A program made the translations under genes and the position numbers. This document shows, piece by piece, positions 1 to 12,873 of a stretch of 64,000 nt of DNA (position 1 is its first letter; the number at the start of each line of letters is the position of its first letter). Under the pieces are notes generated by a model. The model saw only the letters and a program-made list of their open reading frames with translations. It was not told the origin of the DNA and searched no databases. The stretch comes from Felis catus (taxonomy: Eukaryota). The stretch is taken from assembly GCF_018350175.1 (NCBI RefSeq), contig NC_058368.1, forward strand, positions 5,022,001 through 5,086,000, given 5' to 3'.

Positions 1-935
1 AAAGGGAGAAAGGAGAAAGGAGAGGGTTTAAATTCCATTAAGACTATAAACAAGGGAAGCACAGAGTCTGCAACTCCGCAGCTTGATACCTGGCGGTGCT
101 CTAGTGGGAAGGGCGAATGCCCAGGAGCAGAGTGGAGTCCGGGGGTCTTCAGGCCACACGGGGAGATGTGGTTCCCCTGCTGGAAGGACACCTGGTAGAG
201 ACTGTGTGGGCCCCCCAAAGGCAAGGCCCCAGTGGACCCAGGAGAACAACCACATTCACTGGTGCTGGAACAAGGTCGTTAAGGGTGAAGCCCGGTGCCA
301 CATGTGTGTTGTGATTTTCCCTAATCCCTGAAACTCTGCTGCTACACTATTGTGCGAACTTTTTCTGGGGCAGGCTGGCACCCGGCCACAGTCTCTGGGC
401 ATCAGCAGCAGCACAGTCTTGCGAACGTTCCTGGGGGCAGCCAGCACCTGGCCATTGCTTGGTGAGACCCTCCCACAGAGGGGCGGGGCAGGTCAAAGCC
501 ACAGTCCCTCAGAAGTAAGGGTCTGGGGAAAAACAGCCACATCAGAAACATAACTCAGGAGGGAGGTTCTGCCTGGGGCGTGGTCACAGACTGTGTAAAA
601 GCAGGGAGTGGACAGAAGCCGAAGACAGAGAATGGATGTGTGATTGCTGGCCAGGGAGAACAGAGTTCCAATACTAGAGAATGGGTAGCTGGGTGACGCC
701 ATTTTCACCGCTCCCACGCATGCACATACGCACCTACAAGCGCCACAACAATCCACCCCAGTAGGCTAGCAGCGCCATCTAGTGGAGAACGGAGACATTA
801 CACTAAGCCTGCCCAACTGGGCCAACCTCGCTCTTCAAGAGCACAAGTCTCACCGCCTGCTTAGTTTATGGACTATAAAGCACTTCACAGTTTGACTTCT
901 AAGGGAAAACAAAGTAATTTTAGTCATATTTCAAT
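1..935 (+). mobile_element. Carnivore/felid L1 5'UTR segment, ending before ORF1
   Basis: GC-rich sequence resembling the carnivore L1 5'UTR (cagcgccatctagtgg...ggactataaag...tttgacttct). Confidence 0.7.
772..785 (-). promoter_or_regulatory. CTCF core motif CCACTAGATGGCGC
   Basis: Perfect fit to CCASYAGRKGGCRS. Confidence 0.6.
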
Positions 936-937
936 CA

Positions 938-2788
938 AACCCTGCTGTTGCTTTAACTACTAAGTTTGTGTAATACTGCAAATCCTTTGCTGTCCCTTCA
1001 ACAAGCTTCACAGCATCTTCAGCAGGAGCAGAGTCCATCTCGAGAAACCACGTACTCTGCTCAGCGGTGAGAAGCAGTCTTCACCCCATCACATTCTATC
1101 ACGAGACACAGCAATGCCATCCACCTTCAGGCCCCACTTCTAGTTCTGGTTCTCTCGCTGTTTCCACCACATCTGCCGTGATTGCCTCCACTGATACCCC
1201 GAGCCCCCAGAGTCATCCCCAAGGGTGGGAATCAACTTCTGCCAAACTCTTACAAAGGATATTTTGACCTCTTCCCGTTGTTCTTAATGGTTTTCCATTT
1301 CAAGAGGGATTTAATTTACTTTGCCCAGGTCCATCAGAGGAATCACCGTCTATGGCAGCTAGAGCCTTATGAAATGTATTTGTTAAAAAAATAAGACTGA
1401 AAGTCAGAATGACTCCATGATCCACAGGCTGTGGAATGGATGCTGTGTCAGCAAGCTGAAAACAACATTCATCTCCTTGTGCGTCTTCAGAGCTCTTGCG
1501 TGACCAGATGCATTGTCAATGAGCAGTATAGTATTTGTAAAGGAATCTTTTATTTTTTCTGAGCAGGGTCTCAACAGTGGGCTTCAAATATTCTTCAGTA
1601 AACCTTACTATAAGCAGATGTGCTGTCATCCAGGCCTTGTTGTTCCACTTACAGATCACAGGCAAAATAGATGGAGCATAATTCTGAAGGGCCCTAGGGT
1701 TTGGGGAAAGGTAACTGAGTTTGGCTTCAATTCACAGTCACTGGCCACGTTAGCCCCTAATGAGACAGTCAGCCTATCGTTTGAAGTTTTCAATCCAGGC
1801 ATTGGCGTCTCCTGTCCAGCTCTGAAAGTCCTCGATGGCATCTGTTTCATCTTGTTGAAAACCTGTTGTGTAGTGTAGCCGCCTTCACTGCTATCTTAGC
1901 TTAGCTCTTCTGGATGACGTGCTGCTTCATCTTACAACCTGATGTCATGGAGCTCGCTTCTTTGCTTAAACTTCAGGAACCCGCCTCTGCCGTCTTCGTA
2001 CTTTTCTTCTTGGCTTCCTCACCTCCCCCAGCCCTCACAGAATTGAAGAGAGGTAGGGCCTTGCTCTGGATTAGGCTTTGGCTTAAGGGAACGCTGTGGC
2101 TCGTTTGATCACTGAAACTTTCTCTGTATCAGCAATACAGTTGTTTCACTTTCTTATGATTCATGTGTTCACCGGAGGAGTACTTTTTTAATTTCTTTCA
2201 AGAATGTTTCCTTCGCATTCATAACTTAGCTAACGTTTGGCACAAGAGGCCTCGTTTTCGGCCTGCCGTGGCTTTCGACTTGTCTTCCTCATTAAGCTTT
2301 GTCATTTCTAGCTTCTGATGAAAGTGAGAAACGTGTGACTCTTCCTTTCACTTGAACAACCCAGAGGCCCCTGTAGGGTTATTCACTGGCCTAATTTCAA
2401 TATTGTTGTGTCTCAGGGAACAGGGAGGCCCAAAGAGAGGGATAGAGATAGAGGAAGGGCCAGTCAATGGAGCAGTCAGAATACACACAACATTTAGGTT
2501 TAAGTTTGCCATCTTATACCAGCATGGTTCGTGGGACCCTCCACCCCAAACAAACTACAATAACAACGTTGACATTCACTGACCACAGATCACCATAACA
2601 AATATAATGAAAAAGTTTAAAACATTGCAAGAATTACCAAAAAATGTGACCCAGAGACACGAAGTGAGCAAATGTTGTTGGTGCCAATAGACTTGCTCTC
2701 CATGGGGTTGCCACCAACCTTCAGTGTGTGAAAAAACACAGTATTTGCAAAGCAGTAAGGCAACGTGCACTAGAACGAGGTATGCCTG
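938..2788 (-). mobile_element. Tigger1 DNA transposon, decayed transposase, one TIR visible
   Basis: Colinear with my recollection of Tigger1 over about 1.85 kb; ends gaggtatgcctg followed by TA. Confidence 0.9.
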
Positions 2789-2790
2789 TA

Positions 2791-3335
2791 TGTCCTGACG
2801 GTCTGTGTCTCTGGAGAACCCTAACACACACAGACTTTGGCTCTAGAGAAACAGAATTTTAGGGATGAGTTTTCTGAATTGGCTCTTGGGTTTCTGGAAT
2901 TGGCTATTAGGCTTAAAAATGTTAATGAGGGGCACCTGGGTGGCTCAGTCAGTAAGGGTCCGACTTTGGCTCAGGTCCTGATCTCACAGTTCGTGAGTTT
3001 GGCCCCGCATTGGGCTCTGAGCCTGGAGCCTGATATGGGTTCGGTGTCTCCCTCTCTCTCTCTCTGCCCCACCCCAGCTCATACTCTGTCTCTGTCTCCC
3101 TCAAAAATAAGTAAGCATTTAAAACAATTTTTAAATGCTAATGAATCTATTTCCAGCAGTTAAGACAGCATGGATAGTTCATGGTGTGAACTGTCTATAG
3201 AAAGATGCAAAATATCTGAATTGGATACTTCTGAATAGCCCCTTACAAGAAGCAAGGCAGTAAATGACTCTGTATTTGATACCTTGGAAACTTTTTGGAA
3301 AACTAAGGCATACAACAACATTGGTCAGTTGATCT
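2791..3335 (+). mobile_element. End of an MLT2 LTR plus start of ERV-L internal region (leader and gag start)
   Basis: tctctggagaaccctaac...aca LTR end, then gactttgg...ctagagaaacagaattttagggatgagttttctgaattgg; interrupted by a SINE. Confidence 0.75.
2929..3132 (+). mobile_element. Can-SINE (SINEC_Fc type)
   Basis: ggggcacctgggtggctcag head, (CT)n, A tail, TSD aaatg(t/c)taatga. Confidence 0.9.
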
Positions 3336-4737
3336 TAGAACTCTAAGAAGACTTAGTAAGCCCTGTCCTTTATATTGCAGGCGAGGAGAGCGAGACTCTA
3401 TGGGGAAGAGTCTTGCCTGGGGGGACCACCTAGGAGCTAGGCCTGGGTCCTGCTTCTCCTGGCCCTTGGGTCAGGGATCCTTCCACACAAAAGACTGTCT
3501 CCTTTCATTCATCAAGAAAACAAAAACACCTTGCTTTTAGTAAGAAGGAGTTTTATGGAGTGATGAAGATATTCTAAAACCGGATTGAGGTAAGGGTTGC
3601 GCGAGTCTATAAATGTATTAAAAATCATTGGATTGCCTGCTTAAGAAGGTTGAATTTTCGAGTATTTAAATTATACCTCAATAAAACGGTTAAACAATGA
3701 AACCTTGCCCTTAGGGTATGGAGTTTGGTCAGAAGCAGGCTCTATCTAGCACACAACAGACAGCAGTAAACTGAAGATATTGCCTATTCTGTTTCCTCCT
3801 CCTCCGGCTGAGGTCCCTGTTCCTCCTTTAGTATCAGCCTCCCTACTTGCTGCCCCTAAAAGCTAAGCTTCCCAAGGGCAGGGACTTTTTATACCTTGTC
3901 CCCTTCTAGATCCCCACCTCCTAGAATAATCCTAGAGTAATCTCTGGTACATGGTAGGCCTGTCAAATATTTGCCGCATGGATGAATGAATGAAAAACAG
4001 GCAGACCTTCATTTTCTTACTGTGTTCTCTACTGCGTAGAATCTGGCTTCTTTCTCCAGGGAGGGGTTGACAACTAGCCCAAAGTCCACAGATACTTGGG
4101 GGTATGGGGGCAGAGCTGGGGTCAGCCAGGCTCCAGAGGCTGTGTTCTTAATCGCTGCTCTGTACTGCCTTCCATAAGCACTGAATAAATGTTAGCTGCT
4201 GTTATCACCAAATCTGCAAACAGCTAGTTTCCCTACATCCCAAGAGATAGCCAAATTGGCTCATATCATTTCCTCATTGAAGAGGACATGTGCATTTCTT
4301 TCTCTAAAGAATAAGAAGGGTTTTGGAACCGCAGAAGGAGTGTGAATTTTGGAATCAGGAAAGTAAAGTATGAGTCCAAGTTGCTAGCTGCCAGAGTAGA
4401 CACGTCACCTAACTGCTCCAAGTTGGTGCCTTCACAAAATGAGGAAAATGCCACCATCCGTGCAGGGTTACTGAGAGACTTTCATGAAACGATGTCTGTG
4501 ATGTACCCAGCACCCTACCTGGCATCCACTAGACACTCAGCTCATGCCAAATGCCCGAAAGACAAAGAATGGGGGAAAGCACTTGAAGTGGGAAAAGCAT
4601 CAAAGGAAGGGACAGTGAGAAGGTAGCACGAGTGAGACTAAGAACAACAGAGGGAAGAACTCCACAGGTTTACGTAAACGCAAAACACACACACACAAAC
4701 TCTGAGGACAAGAAAGGCACGTTAAATACTATGTTTT

Positions 4738-4960
4738 GGGGATGACTGGGTGGCTCAGTCAGTTAAGCGTCTGACTTCGGCTCATGTCATGACCTCACGG
4801 TTCATGGGTTCGAGCCCCGCGTCGGGCTCTGTCCTCACAGCTCGGAGCCTGGAGCTGCTTCAGATTCTGTGTTTCCCTCTCTCTCTGCCCCTCCTTGGCT
4901 GGTACCCCCGTCTCTCTCTCTCTCAAAAATAAACATTTAAAAAATACACAAAAAAATAAA
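4738..4960 (+). mobile_element. Can-SINE
   Basis: tRNA-derived head, CT tract, A tail. Confidence 0.9.
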
Positions 4961-5577
4961 TGGATGTTTTGGGGAGTGGAATACAAGTGAGGTGAAAGGG
5001 AAAAAGATCAAGACAGGGACTTGTATGAGCTCATGCTGCTGCCGTATCCCTGGAATCCGGACACCCACGGTCCTGCAGACTGCACTCTCGTGTGTACACA
5101 TCTCCCTCATACTCACACATGGGCACGAGAGCGAAGAAAGGCCAACTTCTCTGCCCACTCAACTTTTGTTCCCAATCTCCCTGATGTTTTGTTCCCCTAT
5201 CTACCAACTGCTCAAAAAATCTACCTCCTGCTGGATCCACTGAGCCTAAAATCTTCAACCAATTCCCTTAGGACCTCACCTGCCACAACTACTTAGCCAC
5301 CAGTCCTACTTTGCCCTCCGCAAATGCCAAGACCGCTTGCCAAGGGCCTGTTTCTTGACAATTAGTCCAATGTCGGCTATTTCTAAAGAATACGCCATTA
5401 GATAAGTTAAAGACTTCAGGATTTATACCTTCCTACGGGAACTATCTTGTATAAGAGCATACAGTTGGATCTGTTAAGAACAGAGAGCAGAAAAGCTAAC
5501 AATTTCATCTGTCAAGCTCTGCAAAATTAAACTGACAAACAGATCTGGGCAAGCAAGATCCCACTGTTTAGATTTTT

Positions 5578-5875
5578 GCTGCCCAATACGGTAGGCACAT
5601 GTGGCTACTGAGCATGTAAAGTGTGGCAAGTTCAAGCTGGTATGTGCCTAAATGTAAAATATATCAAATTTAGAAGACTTAATACAAAAATATGTTAAAT
5701 ATCCATCCATAACTTTTATATCAATCACTTGTTAAAATGCTAATATCTCAGATGCATTGGGTTAAATAAAATGTATCATTAAAATTAATTTCTTCTTTTT
5801 CTTTGTACTTTTTTAAATGTGTTTCCTAGAAAAATTTTAAATTACATGTAGGGCTTGCATTATATTTCTATAGCA
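5578..5875. mobile_element. hAT-Charlie MITE (MER3/MER33-like)
   Basis: cacatgtggctactgagca...ttgggttaaataaaat...attatatttcta motifs. Confidence 0.7.
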
Positions 5876-6304
5876 GAGTATTAATCTGGACTTGCCTCAC
5901 AACTCTTTCCCATGCTCTATTTCACCAAGGAGCACTCCCTGATAATAACATCTGATGATCCAGTAACCTGAATAGGAGCTTCTCACTCAACCAATTTCAC
6001 ACTCACGTGTGCTCTTCAACTTGTCTCCCACTTCATTTCCTTTACAATATTCTGTGTTTGTTTCAGATGGCTACGTGACTAGAATTTCTCATATATTTTA
6101 TGTGATCCTTTTACTCATGTTTATTATTTTAATTTTCATATTTTTGGTAACCATATCAAAACACAAATTTGAGATGAGTTGGAAGGATGATGGCTCCGTT
6201 AATGCAGCTGAGATATGCTTTTGTCTCTTTTTCCTTGCTGAAGTGTCAGCTTTTCATGGTGGTCACTCTTCCTGTAGTTTACCAACCTATACCATGCCAA
6301 CACG

Positions 6305-8068
6305 AGAGAACAAAATACTAGCAAACTGAGTTCAACAGCACGTTAAAAAGATTATAGACCATGATCAAGTGGGATTTATTCTTGGAATGCAAAGGTGGTT
6401 CAACATACAAAAATCAGAAAGAAGAGGAAAAAAGTGATTATCTCAATTGATGCAGAAAATTCATTTGACAAAATTCTATGTCCTTTCATAATAAAAACAC
6501 TCAGCAAACTAGGAATAGAAGAAAATTTCTTCAATATGGTAAAGGCCACCTATGAAAAACTCATAGCTAACACCATACTCGATGGTGAAAGACTGAAAGC
6601 TTTTCCCCTAAGATCAAGAACAATACAAAAATTCCTGTTTTGGGGGTGTCTGGGTGGCTCTGACTCTTAACTGTGGCTAGGGTCATGATCTTAGGGGTGT
6701 GGGATTGAGCCCTGTGCCAGGCTCTGCTCTGGGCATGGAACCTGCTGAAGATTCTCTCTCTCCCTCTGCCCCTTTCCTCTGTGCACTGTTTCTCTATCTC
6801 TAAAGTAAAAGAAAAAAGTTTAATAACAAAATAAAAATAATTTTAAAAAATGCCTGTTTTCACCATTTCCATTCAACTTACTACTGAAGGTCCTAGCTGG
6901 AGCAAGTAGGCAAGAAAAAGAAACAAAAGGCATCCAAATTGAAAAAAAAAGAAGTAAAATTATCTGTTCACAGATGACATGATCTTACATGTGTAAAACC
7001 CTAAAGTCTCCCCCTCACACATAAAACTGTTAGAGCTAATAAATGAATGTAGCAACGTTACAGGAGACAAAATCAACAGACAAAAATGAGTGGGGGTTTT
7101 ATATACTAGCAATGAACAATCTAAAAAGGAAATTAAGGAAACAATTCCAGTTATAATAGCATCAAAAAGAACAAAATACTTAGGAATAAACTTAATAAGG
7201 AGGTACACTGAAAACTATAAAATGTTGGTGAAAGAAATTAAAGGAAATTCAAATAAATGGAAAGACATCCTGTGTTCATGAATCAGAATCTTAATAGAGA
7301 TAAGATGTCAACATTATCCAAAGCAATTTAGAGGTTCAATAAAATGCCCATCAAAAATTCCACAGCGTTCTTGCAGAAATAGAAAAGCACATCCATAAAT
7401 TCACATGAATCTTAGGGGATCCTAATAACCAAAGAAACTTGAGAAAAGAACCAAATTAGAGGCCTCATGCTGATTTCAAAACTTACTTCAATACTGCAAT
7501 AATCAAAACAGTGTGGTAATGGCATAAAGACAAATATGTAGATCACCGGGATAAAATATAGAGCCCAGAAACAAAGAAATGAACCCTCACATATACGGTC
7601 ACTAGATTTTCAATAAGAGTGCCAAGACTGTTCAATGGGGAAAGGGCAGTTGTTTTCAACAAACAATGCTGGGAAAACTGGGTATCCACATGTAGAAAAA
7701 TGAAGTCGGACCCTTACCTTACCATATATGAAATTCACTCAAAATGGATCAAAATGAAAAATACTATGCTAAATGAAATATACCAGACACAACAGGACAT
7801 AAACTGCGTAATTATACTTACAAAAGGTAACTAGAATAGTCAAATTTATAGAGACGGAAAGTAGAAGAATGGCTACCAAGGGCATTGGGGAGTTATTGTT
7901 TAATGGATACCGAGTTTCTGTTTGGGATGATGAAAGAGTTCTGCAAATGGATGAGGGTGATGATTTCACAACATTGTAAATGTACTTAGTGCCACTGAAT
8001 TGTACAATTAAAAATAATTGAAATGGTAAATTTGATGTTATGTCTATTTTACCACAATAATGACACAA
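6305..8068 (+). mobile_element. Old L1 (L1MA/MB-like) ORF2 remnant plus 3' end
   Basis: ORF2 peptides IISIDAENSFDKI, KYLGINL and FNKQCWENW; typical 3'UTR. Confidence 0.85.
6642..6845 (+). mobile_element. Older Can-SINE inside L1
   Basis: TSD aaaaat(t/g)cctgtttt. Confidence 0.85.
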
Positions 8069-8086
8069 AAAGAAGACATGGGTCGG

Positions 8087-8300
8087 GGGGCGTCTGGTCG
8101 CTCAGTTGGTTAAGCGTCTGACTCTTGATTTAGGCTCAGGTCATGATCTCACAGTTTGTGAGAGTGATCCCTGAGTCAGGCTCTGCGCTGACAGCACAGA
8201 GTCTGCTTGGGATTGTCTCTCTTCCTTTCTCTCTGCCCCTCCCCCGCTCACACACTCTCTCTCAAAATAAACAAACAGAATAGAAAGACCCTAGGAAGAA
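8087..8300 (+). mobile_element. Can-SINE
   Basis: Head, CT tract and A tail. Confidence 0.9.
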
Positions 8301-8346
8301 GAGATGGGGGCTCCTGGGTCCCCACTGGATAATCATAGCTAACTCT

Positions 8347-8807
8347 GTTAGTCTGAGGTCTACAGAGAACCAGAAGCAAAAGGATACACACAGAGAAAGA
8401 GATTTATTACGAGAAACCAGCTCACATGATTACATGGGCTGAGAAGTTCCGTGATCTACCACCTGCAAACTGGAGACCCAAGGAAAGCCAGAAATATAAT
8501 TCAGTCCAAGTCTGAAGGCGTGAGACTCAGGGGACCCAATAGTGTGAACTCCAGTCCTAGGGCTAGAGAAGACCAGTGTCTCAGCTGGATCATTCAGGCA
8601 GAACAAGGAGGTAAGTTCTTTCTCCTTGTTTCATTCTCTTCATACCTTCAATGGATTGGAAGATGCCCACCCACATTGCTTTACTGAGTCCACCAATTCG
8701 AATGCTACCTCCTCCAGAAACACGCTCAGAACACTCAGAATAACGTTCAGCTGAGTATCTGGGTATCCATGACCCAGTCAAGTTGACACACAAAATTAAT
8801 CACCACA
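8347..8807 (-). mobile_element. MLT2 (ERV-L) 3' LTR
   Basis: Minus strand begins TGTGGTGATTAATTTTGTGTGTCAACTTGACTGGG and is preceded by a polypurine tract AAGGGGTGGG. Confidence 0.85.
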
Positions 8808-9351
8808 AGCCCACCCCTTGTCACCTTGGGCCCATACATATCTTGTTACACCATACTTCTCTCCAAATAAAGAAAATAACCAGATCCTAATTCTGCCTAA
8901 CATGACACAACTCTTCTGCACACAACTGAAAAATGACTAGCCCCTTCCCCACAAGAGGAAATAAAACCCTTGAGTGATGTTTACTCGTCTCCTTGACGTC
9001 CTGTAACTTAAATACTACGATATGACATTAACAACACTTAGATACTATGATATAGTGAATACATGATACGCTATATAATGAGGGAACAAGACAGGAAAGA
9101 AAACAAGGATATTTGCTTCATGTATATACTCACACAAATGTATTCATCAATATAAGAAGGAAATAGTCCTCAATCTGTAACTGGTCACATGGTCATTTCT
9201 GGCATTCGTAAGTACCTCTTCCCACTGCCCATTCTGTAGTCCTTTTGCTTTCAGCCAGCACCTCAGCTGGTCGTGGTTCTTCACCTGCTGGAGTGACCCA
9301 AACCTATATTCCTTAAAAAAAACATTTGTTTTTAAGTTTATTTATTTACTT

Positions 9352-9427
<76 letters not shown>

Positions 9428-10530
9428 GAAGGGGCAGAGAGAGGGAGAGGGACAGAATCGCAAGCAGGCTCTACACTGTCAGCATGGAGCCTGATGCAGA
9501 GCTTGAACTCACGAACTGTGAGATCATGACCTGAGCTGAAATCTAGAGTCAGACACTTAACTGACTGAGCTGCCCAGGTACCTCCCGTGACTTCTCCAAA
9601 CCTATATTCCTGAAGGGTCTGCATCATTAGTAACTGACTGGATAGGGTTCTTGTCGTTTTCCACTGACCTTAATCACAGGCCGTGGTAATATTAAAAGAA
9701 GCCCACAAGGATCTGCTGTACTCTAGACACACTCTTCCTCACCTCCGCTGGGTAACAGCCGTCCACTTTCCTCTTGGTAGTCGGGACCAATCGCCCAGCC
9801 AACATGGTAACTCCCTTCTTTGCCTGTTGATTCAGAGGCATGAGGAGCCCAACACAGGCAGGTGGCAGTCTTAACGTCCAGCTCATGAAATCATTGGTGT
9901 GTTTCCTGGTGGAGGCATTCCTCCCTCTCAAACTAAGACTACGTAGGCCAGCAGAGCATGACATCATGGGAAGAGAAAGCAAAAGCTTTGCTAGCGGGTC
10001 ACTAGGAGTAATAGTGAATAATTCTATTACTCCTAGAGGAGTAATAGTGAGCAATTCCTGGAATCATGACTCCCGGCTATGGGAGAAAAGGCAACATATA
10101 TTGGACACTGATCCAGAGCATGCACAGCCTTCCGGAGAACCTTGTCCCAGCCCCGCAAGCTATTGCCACCGAGCTGGCACTACAACTGAATCTTCAAAGG
10201 GCCGTTCCATTGTCCTATCAGGCCAGCTGTTTAGACAACGCAGCAAGGCCAATGAATTCCATGAGCATAAACTTTTCTGCTTGTACAGACCAAGCAAGAA
10301 TTTAGTAGGTCTCCTATCCATTTCACTTCTGGAAACACCATTATCAACTAGCCAATGCCACGGGTCTTTATGAGTCGACCACTCTAACTGCCGTTTTGAC
10401 TCTGCTGTCCGTTACAGTAACCACACCTACCTTGCCTTTGGCCTCGAGTGCAACCACGTGACCCCCGCCACCCCTAGATCCAGTTAGTCCCGTTAGAACT
10501 TCCACGTATTCATTGGTGTAGCTGTAAAGG
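8808..10530 (-). mobile_element. ERV-L internal remnant: late gag, integrase end, dUTPase, with large internal deletion
   Basis: ORF 9692-10054 contains LRLPP..GLLMPLNQQAKKGVT.LAG, typical of ERV-L dUTPase; frameshifted. Confidence 0.85.
9325..9583 (-). mobile_element. Can-SINE with expanded (GA)n, inside ERV-L
   Basis: Flanked by a duplicated ccaaacctatattcct. Confidence 0.9.
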
Positions 10531-11369
10531 TCAACGGGGAGGACAAATTAAGTCCCTCCTGGCACACGCTTGCAGCATAACCGAGAGAATTTTGTACGTT
10601 TCAATTTAAATGTGACTGGGGGAATAAAGATCTGAGACCAGCAGAACTGGCTCTCCACCCAAAGTGGACAGTCAGGTGGAAAATGAATGTGAGAGAGTGC
10701 AATGTGACAGTTAACATCAGCTATAGTTCATTCCCATAGAGAGAGAATCCCTCTCTACATGAAGAAATAGTGACACCATATCTGAAACTATAGAGTCAAA
10801 AGGAAGGAGCTTAGGATGTATGTTGTGGTCATCTTAGGAAGACGTTACTTCCAGGGGAAAGAAGGTATCTTGAAAGGTGGAGGTATTGGGAAAGAAGAAG
10901 ACAGCTAAAGATAAGCCTTTTACCAAGACAATATAAATAAATCTAAAGGAGACAACAAAGGCACATTTATTAAAGAAACTGTACTTCACTACAGCAACAG
11001 AAGAGGAAGTTCTTAAACTAGCAATACATGCTAATTCTTGCATTCTTCTTCATAGGATCACCTGCTACAACTGTTCCAAGAAAATCCTACACAAACGCTT
11101 ATGAATAGCAAACAAAAACAAGCATCCATGGGAAGTTATTATAAGAAGAAAGCAAAAACGAGAATTAAAACTTTTCAGTAGATGAAATCCCAAAGATAAA
11201 TGCTACAAGTGGAGGCGAATTGTAGCAATACGACAACATGCATTAAAATATAATTAAAAGAAATGCTGATATGACAAACAACCACTAATCGTAAATTCAA
11301 AAACTCAGAATAGAAATGAACAAAAAGATGTGAAACAAGAATTAACAAACTTAAAAGAGAAACTGAAGC

Positions 11370-11578
11370 AGGGCACCTGGGTGGCTCAGTCAGTTAAGCA
11401 TCTGACTTCAGCTCAGGTCATGATCTCATGGTTTGTGAGTTCGAGTCCCCCGTTGGGCTCTGTGCTGACAGCTCGGAGCCTGGAGCCTGATTCAGATTCT
11501 GTGTCTCCCTCTCTGCCTGTCCCCTGCTCGTGCTCTGTCTCTCTCTTGCAAGAATAAATAAAACATTAAAACAAAAAA
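11370..11578 (+). mobile_element. Can-SINE
   Basis: Head, CT tract and A tail. Confidence 0.9.
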
Positions 11579-11825
11579 GGAAAGATACTGAAGCAAAAGA
11601 AAACAAATCCAGAAACAAAGATTAAATTTTAAGTTTCCAAAAGGAGAATATGAACAACTAAGTGCACAATAAACAGCATAGAGGAAAGAAATAAAAGATG
11701 TAAAAAATTAAACAGAAATGAACAAAAAATGGTAAAAAGAGAAGCTGATACAGAAAACTAAAAAGATCTAATACTTATGAAATTTAAGCCCCTGAAGAAG
11801 AATAAAACAATAAAACTAATATATA

Positions 11826-12060
11826 TTTTTTAAAGTTTATTCACTTCTTTTGAGAAAGAGAGGGAGAGAAAGAGAGAGTGTGTGTGTGAGCAGAGGAGAG
11901 GCAGAGAGAGAGAGGGAGAAAGAGAATCACAAGCAGGGTCTCTGCTGTCAGTGCAGAGCCCGACGCAGGACTTGAACCCACAAAGCATGAGACCATGACC
12001 CGAGAGCCATGATCAAGAGCCAGATGCCCAACCAACTGAGCCCTAAAACTCAGGCACCCC
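11826..12060 (-). mobile_element. Can-SINE
   Basis: Reverse head aggcacccc, GA tract. Confidence 0.85.
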
Positions 12061-12210
12061 TAAAACCAGTATTTAAAAAATGATTCTAGAAAACTTTGCT
12101 GAAATAGAAGACCTGAATCTGTATGTTCAGCTGGGCCCCAGTGTACCTGGAAAAACTGACTAGAGGAGGTAACTAACTGCAAGATACTAGTTTATAAAAT
12201 GACTTGACTT

Positions 12211-12430
12211 TATTTTTTTTAATTTGTTTTAATGTTTATTTATTCTTGACAGACAGAGAGAGAGCATGACGGGTGGAGGGGCAGAGAGAGAGGAAGACAC
12301 AGAATGTGAAGCAGGCTCCAGGCTGCGAGCTGTCAGCACAGAGCCCGATGTGGGGCTCGAATTCACAGACCGCGAGATCATGACCTGAGCCAAAGTCGGA
12401 TGCTTAACCAACTGAGCCACCCAGGCACCT
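12211..12430 (-). mobile_element. Can-SINE
   Basis: TSD aaaatgacttgactt. Confidence 0.9.
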
Positions 12431-12471
12431 CAAAATGACTTGACTTAAAAAAAAACAAAAAAAACCCCACA

Positions 12472-12676
12472 GGGGCACCTGGGTGGCTCAGTAGGTTGGG
12501 CGTCCCACTCCAGCTCAGGTCATGATCTCATGGATTGTGAGTTCAAGCCCCGCATCGGGCTCTGTGCTGACAGCTCAGAGCCTAAGGCCTGCTTCAGATT
12601 CTGTGTGTCTCCCTCTCTCTCTGCCCCTCCCTTACTTGTGCTCTGTCTTTCAAAAATAAATAATTAAAAAAAATTA
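12472..12676 (+). mobile_element. Can-SINE, head-to-head with the previous copy
   Basis: Head, CT tract and A tail. Confidence 0.9.
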
Positions 12677-12873
12677 ACCCCCCCCACACACATGCACACA
12701 ACAAAATCCACTGGGCTTCCAGGGAAAGGACCAAGCCACTTAAAAGGAAAAATATGGCTGGCATCAGACTTCTCAACAATAAATAAACAACATTTCTAAG
12801 AAACCCCAGGAAAGAAAGTATACACAAAGGATTTTATATCCAGCCATACTACTCTTAAAGAATAAAATTTATA

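Noticed and set aside
938..2788. Tigger1 transposase as a TIGD-like gene
   Set aside because: Start codon lost, many indels, no long minus-strand ORF
9692..10373. ERV-L dUTPase/integrase ORFs as a domesticated gene
   Set aside because: Frameshifted and deleted; the 177-aa + strand ORF is antisense to the viral frame
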